Of a stretch of 64,000 nucleotides of DNA, positions 63,490 through 64,000 are shown piece after piece. The translations under genes were made by a program, and so were the position numbers. Origin of the DNA: an uncultured delta proteobacterium (lineage in GTDB: Bacteria; Myxococcota; B64-G9). The notes beneath the pieces were generated by a model, which saw only the letters and a list, made by a program, of their open reading frames with translations, had not been told where the DNA came from and did no database searches. The first letter of the stretch is position 1. Each line of letters opens with the position of its first letter. The DNA lies in contig CAVWHX010000004.1 of the NCBI GenBank assembly GCA_963754925.1, forward strand, positions 960,001-1,024,000. Reading direction: 5' to 3'.

Positions 63490-64000
63490 ATGAAAGAAAT
63501 GCGTACAGATTTCAAATCTATGTGCAGTTTCGCATTGTGGTTGCTCACCATGCCGCTCTTGGCCAACGCCCAAACTGTCGAAACGGGGCCACGGGTCCAA
63601 ACCTATAAACAGGTGGAGAAAGGGCTCGAGGTGGGATTGCAGGGTGGCGCCGCGCTGGATTTCAAACCCGCGCTGGGTGGGACAAACGTAGGTGCTCTCG
63701 TCGGCCTTGAGCTTGGGTACGATGTGACATGGCTGTTTCGAATAAAGATGGGCTTTATGGATGAATTATATTCTGGTCGCGGCACTAATACCGCGGGCCA
63801 GCGTGCCTCGATGGATTACGAAGGTCGCATTTTCTGGGCCGGTGCCTCATTGGCCCTTTTTGCAACCGAGCGCAGCTATCTGTATATCCAGGGGGGCGCC
63901 GGGTATCTGCTCTCGTATCCCAAGGGTATTAAGGGCTTATATAAGGGTGCTCAAGTAGACGTGGCCGGCAAAGATAGCTTGGTTGTCTTAGCGGGCGGTG
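63490..64000 (+). CDS. Outer-membrane beta-barrel protein, possibly CglE-like (partial, runs off the window)
   Basis: Open frame from ATG 63490: signal peptide ending ANA, YKQVEKGLEVGLQGG, GLELGYDV, LYIQGGAGY amphipathic strands. Confidence 0.7.
   Translation, partial: MKEMRTDFKSMCSFALWLLTMPLLANAQTVETGPRVQTYKQVEKGLEVGLQGGAALDFKPALGGTNVGALVGLELGYDVTWLFRIKMGFMDELYSGRGTNTAGQRASMDYEGRIFWAGASLALFATERSYLYIQGGAGYLLSYPKGIKGLYKGAQVDVAGKDSLVVLAGG

Overview
Bacterial chromosomal origin region, most likely from a Myxococcota/deltaproteobacterial genome (inferred from bactofilin behind parB, a VegA-like protein, PilZ proteins, zinc-ribbon/TPR and FHA/TPR proteins, and a CglE-like barrel). The left 13 kb holds the canonical cluster dnaN-dnaA // rpmH-rnpA-yidD-yidC-jag-mnmE-mnmG-rsmG-parA-parB-bactofilin. 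oriC (DnaA-trios plus DnaA boxes) lies between dnaA and dnaN, and two parS palindromes sit inside mnmG. The rest is housekeeping, envelope and signalling genes (lolA, rimO, ugd, thiolase, mltG, ruvX, a peptidoglycan-recycling operon, tRNA-Ser, PBP1A, dnaE, serS, thrB). No prophage, CRISPR array, integrase or transposase was seen. Main observations: (1) a family of short covarying palindromic elements that often begin at TAG stop codons and nest inside each other and inside a second repeat family; (2) seven apparent single-base frameshifts, all at TTAA, suggesting a methylation-linked sequencing artefact; (3) several apparently catalytically degenerate enzymes, notably a GlpX-like protein directly upstream of dnaE; (4) a sigma54-type small-ORF/comEA/flp module.
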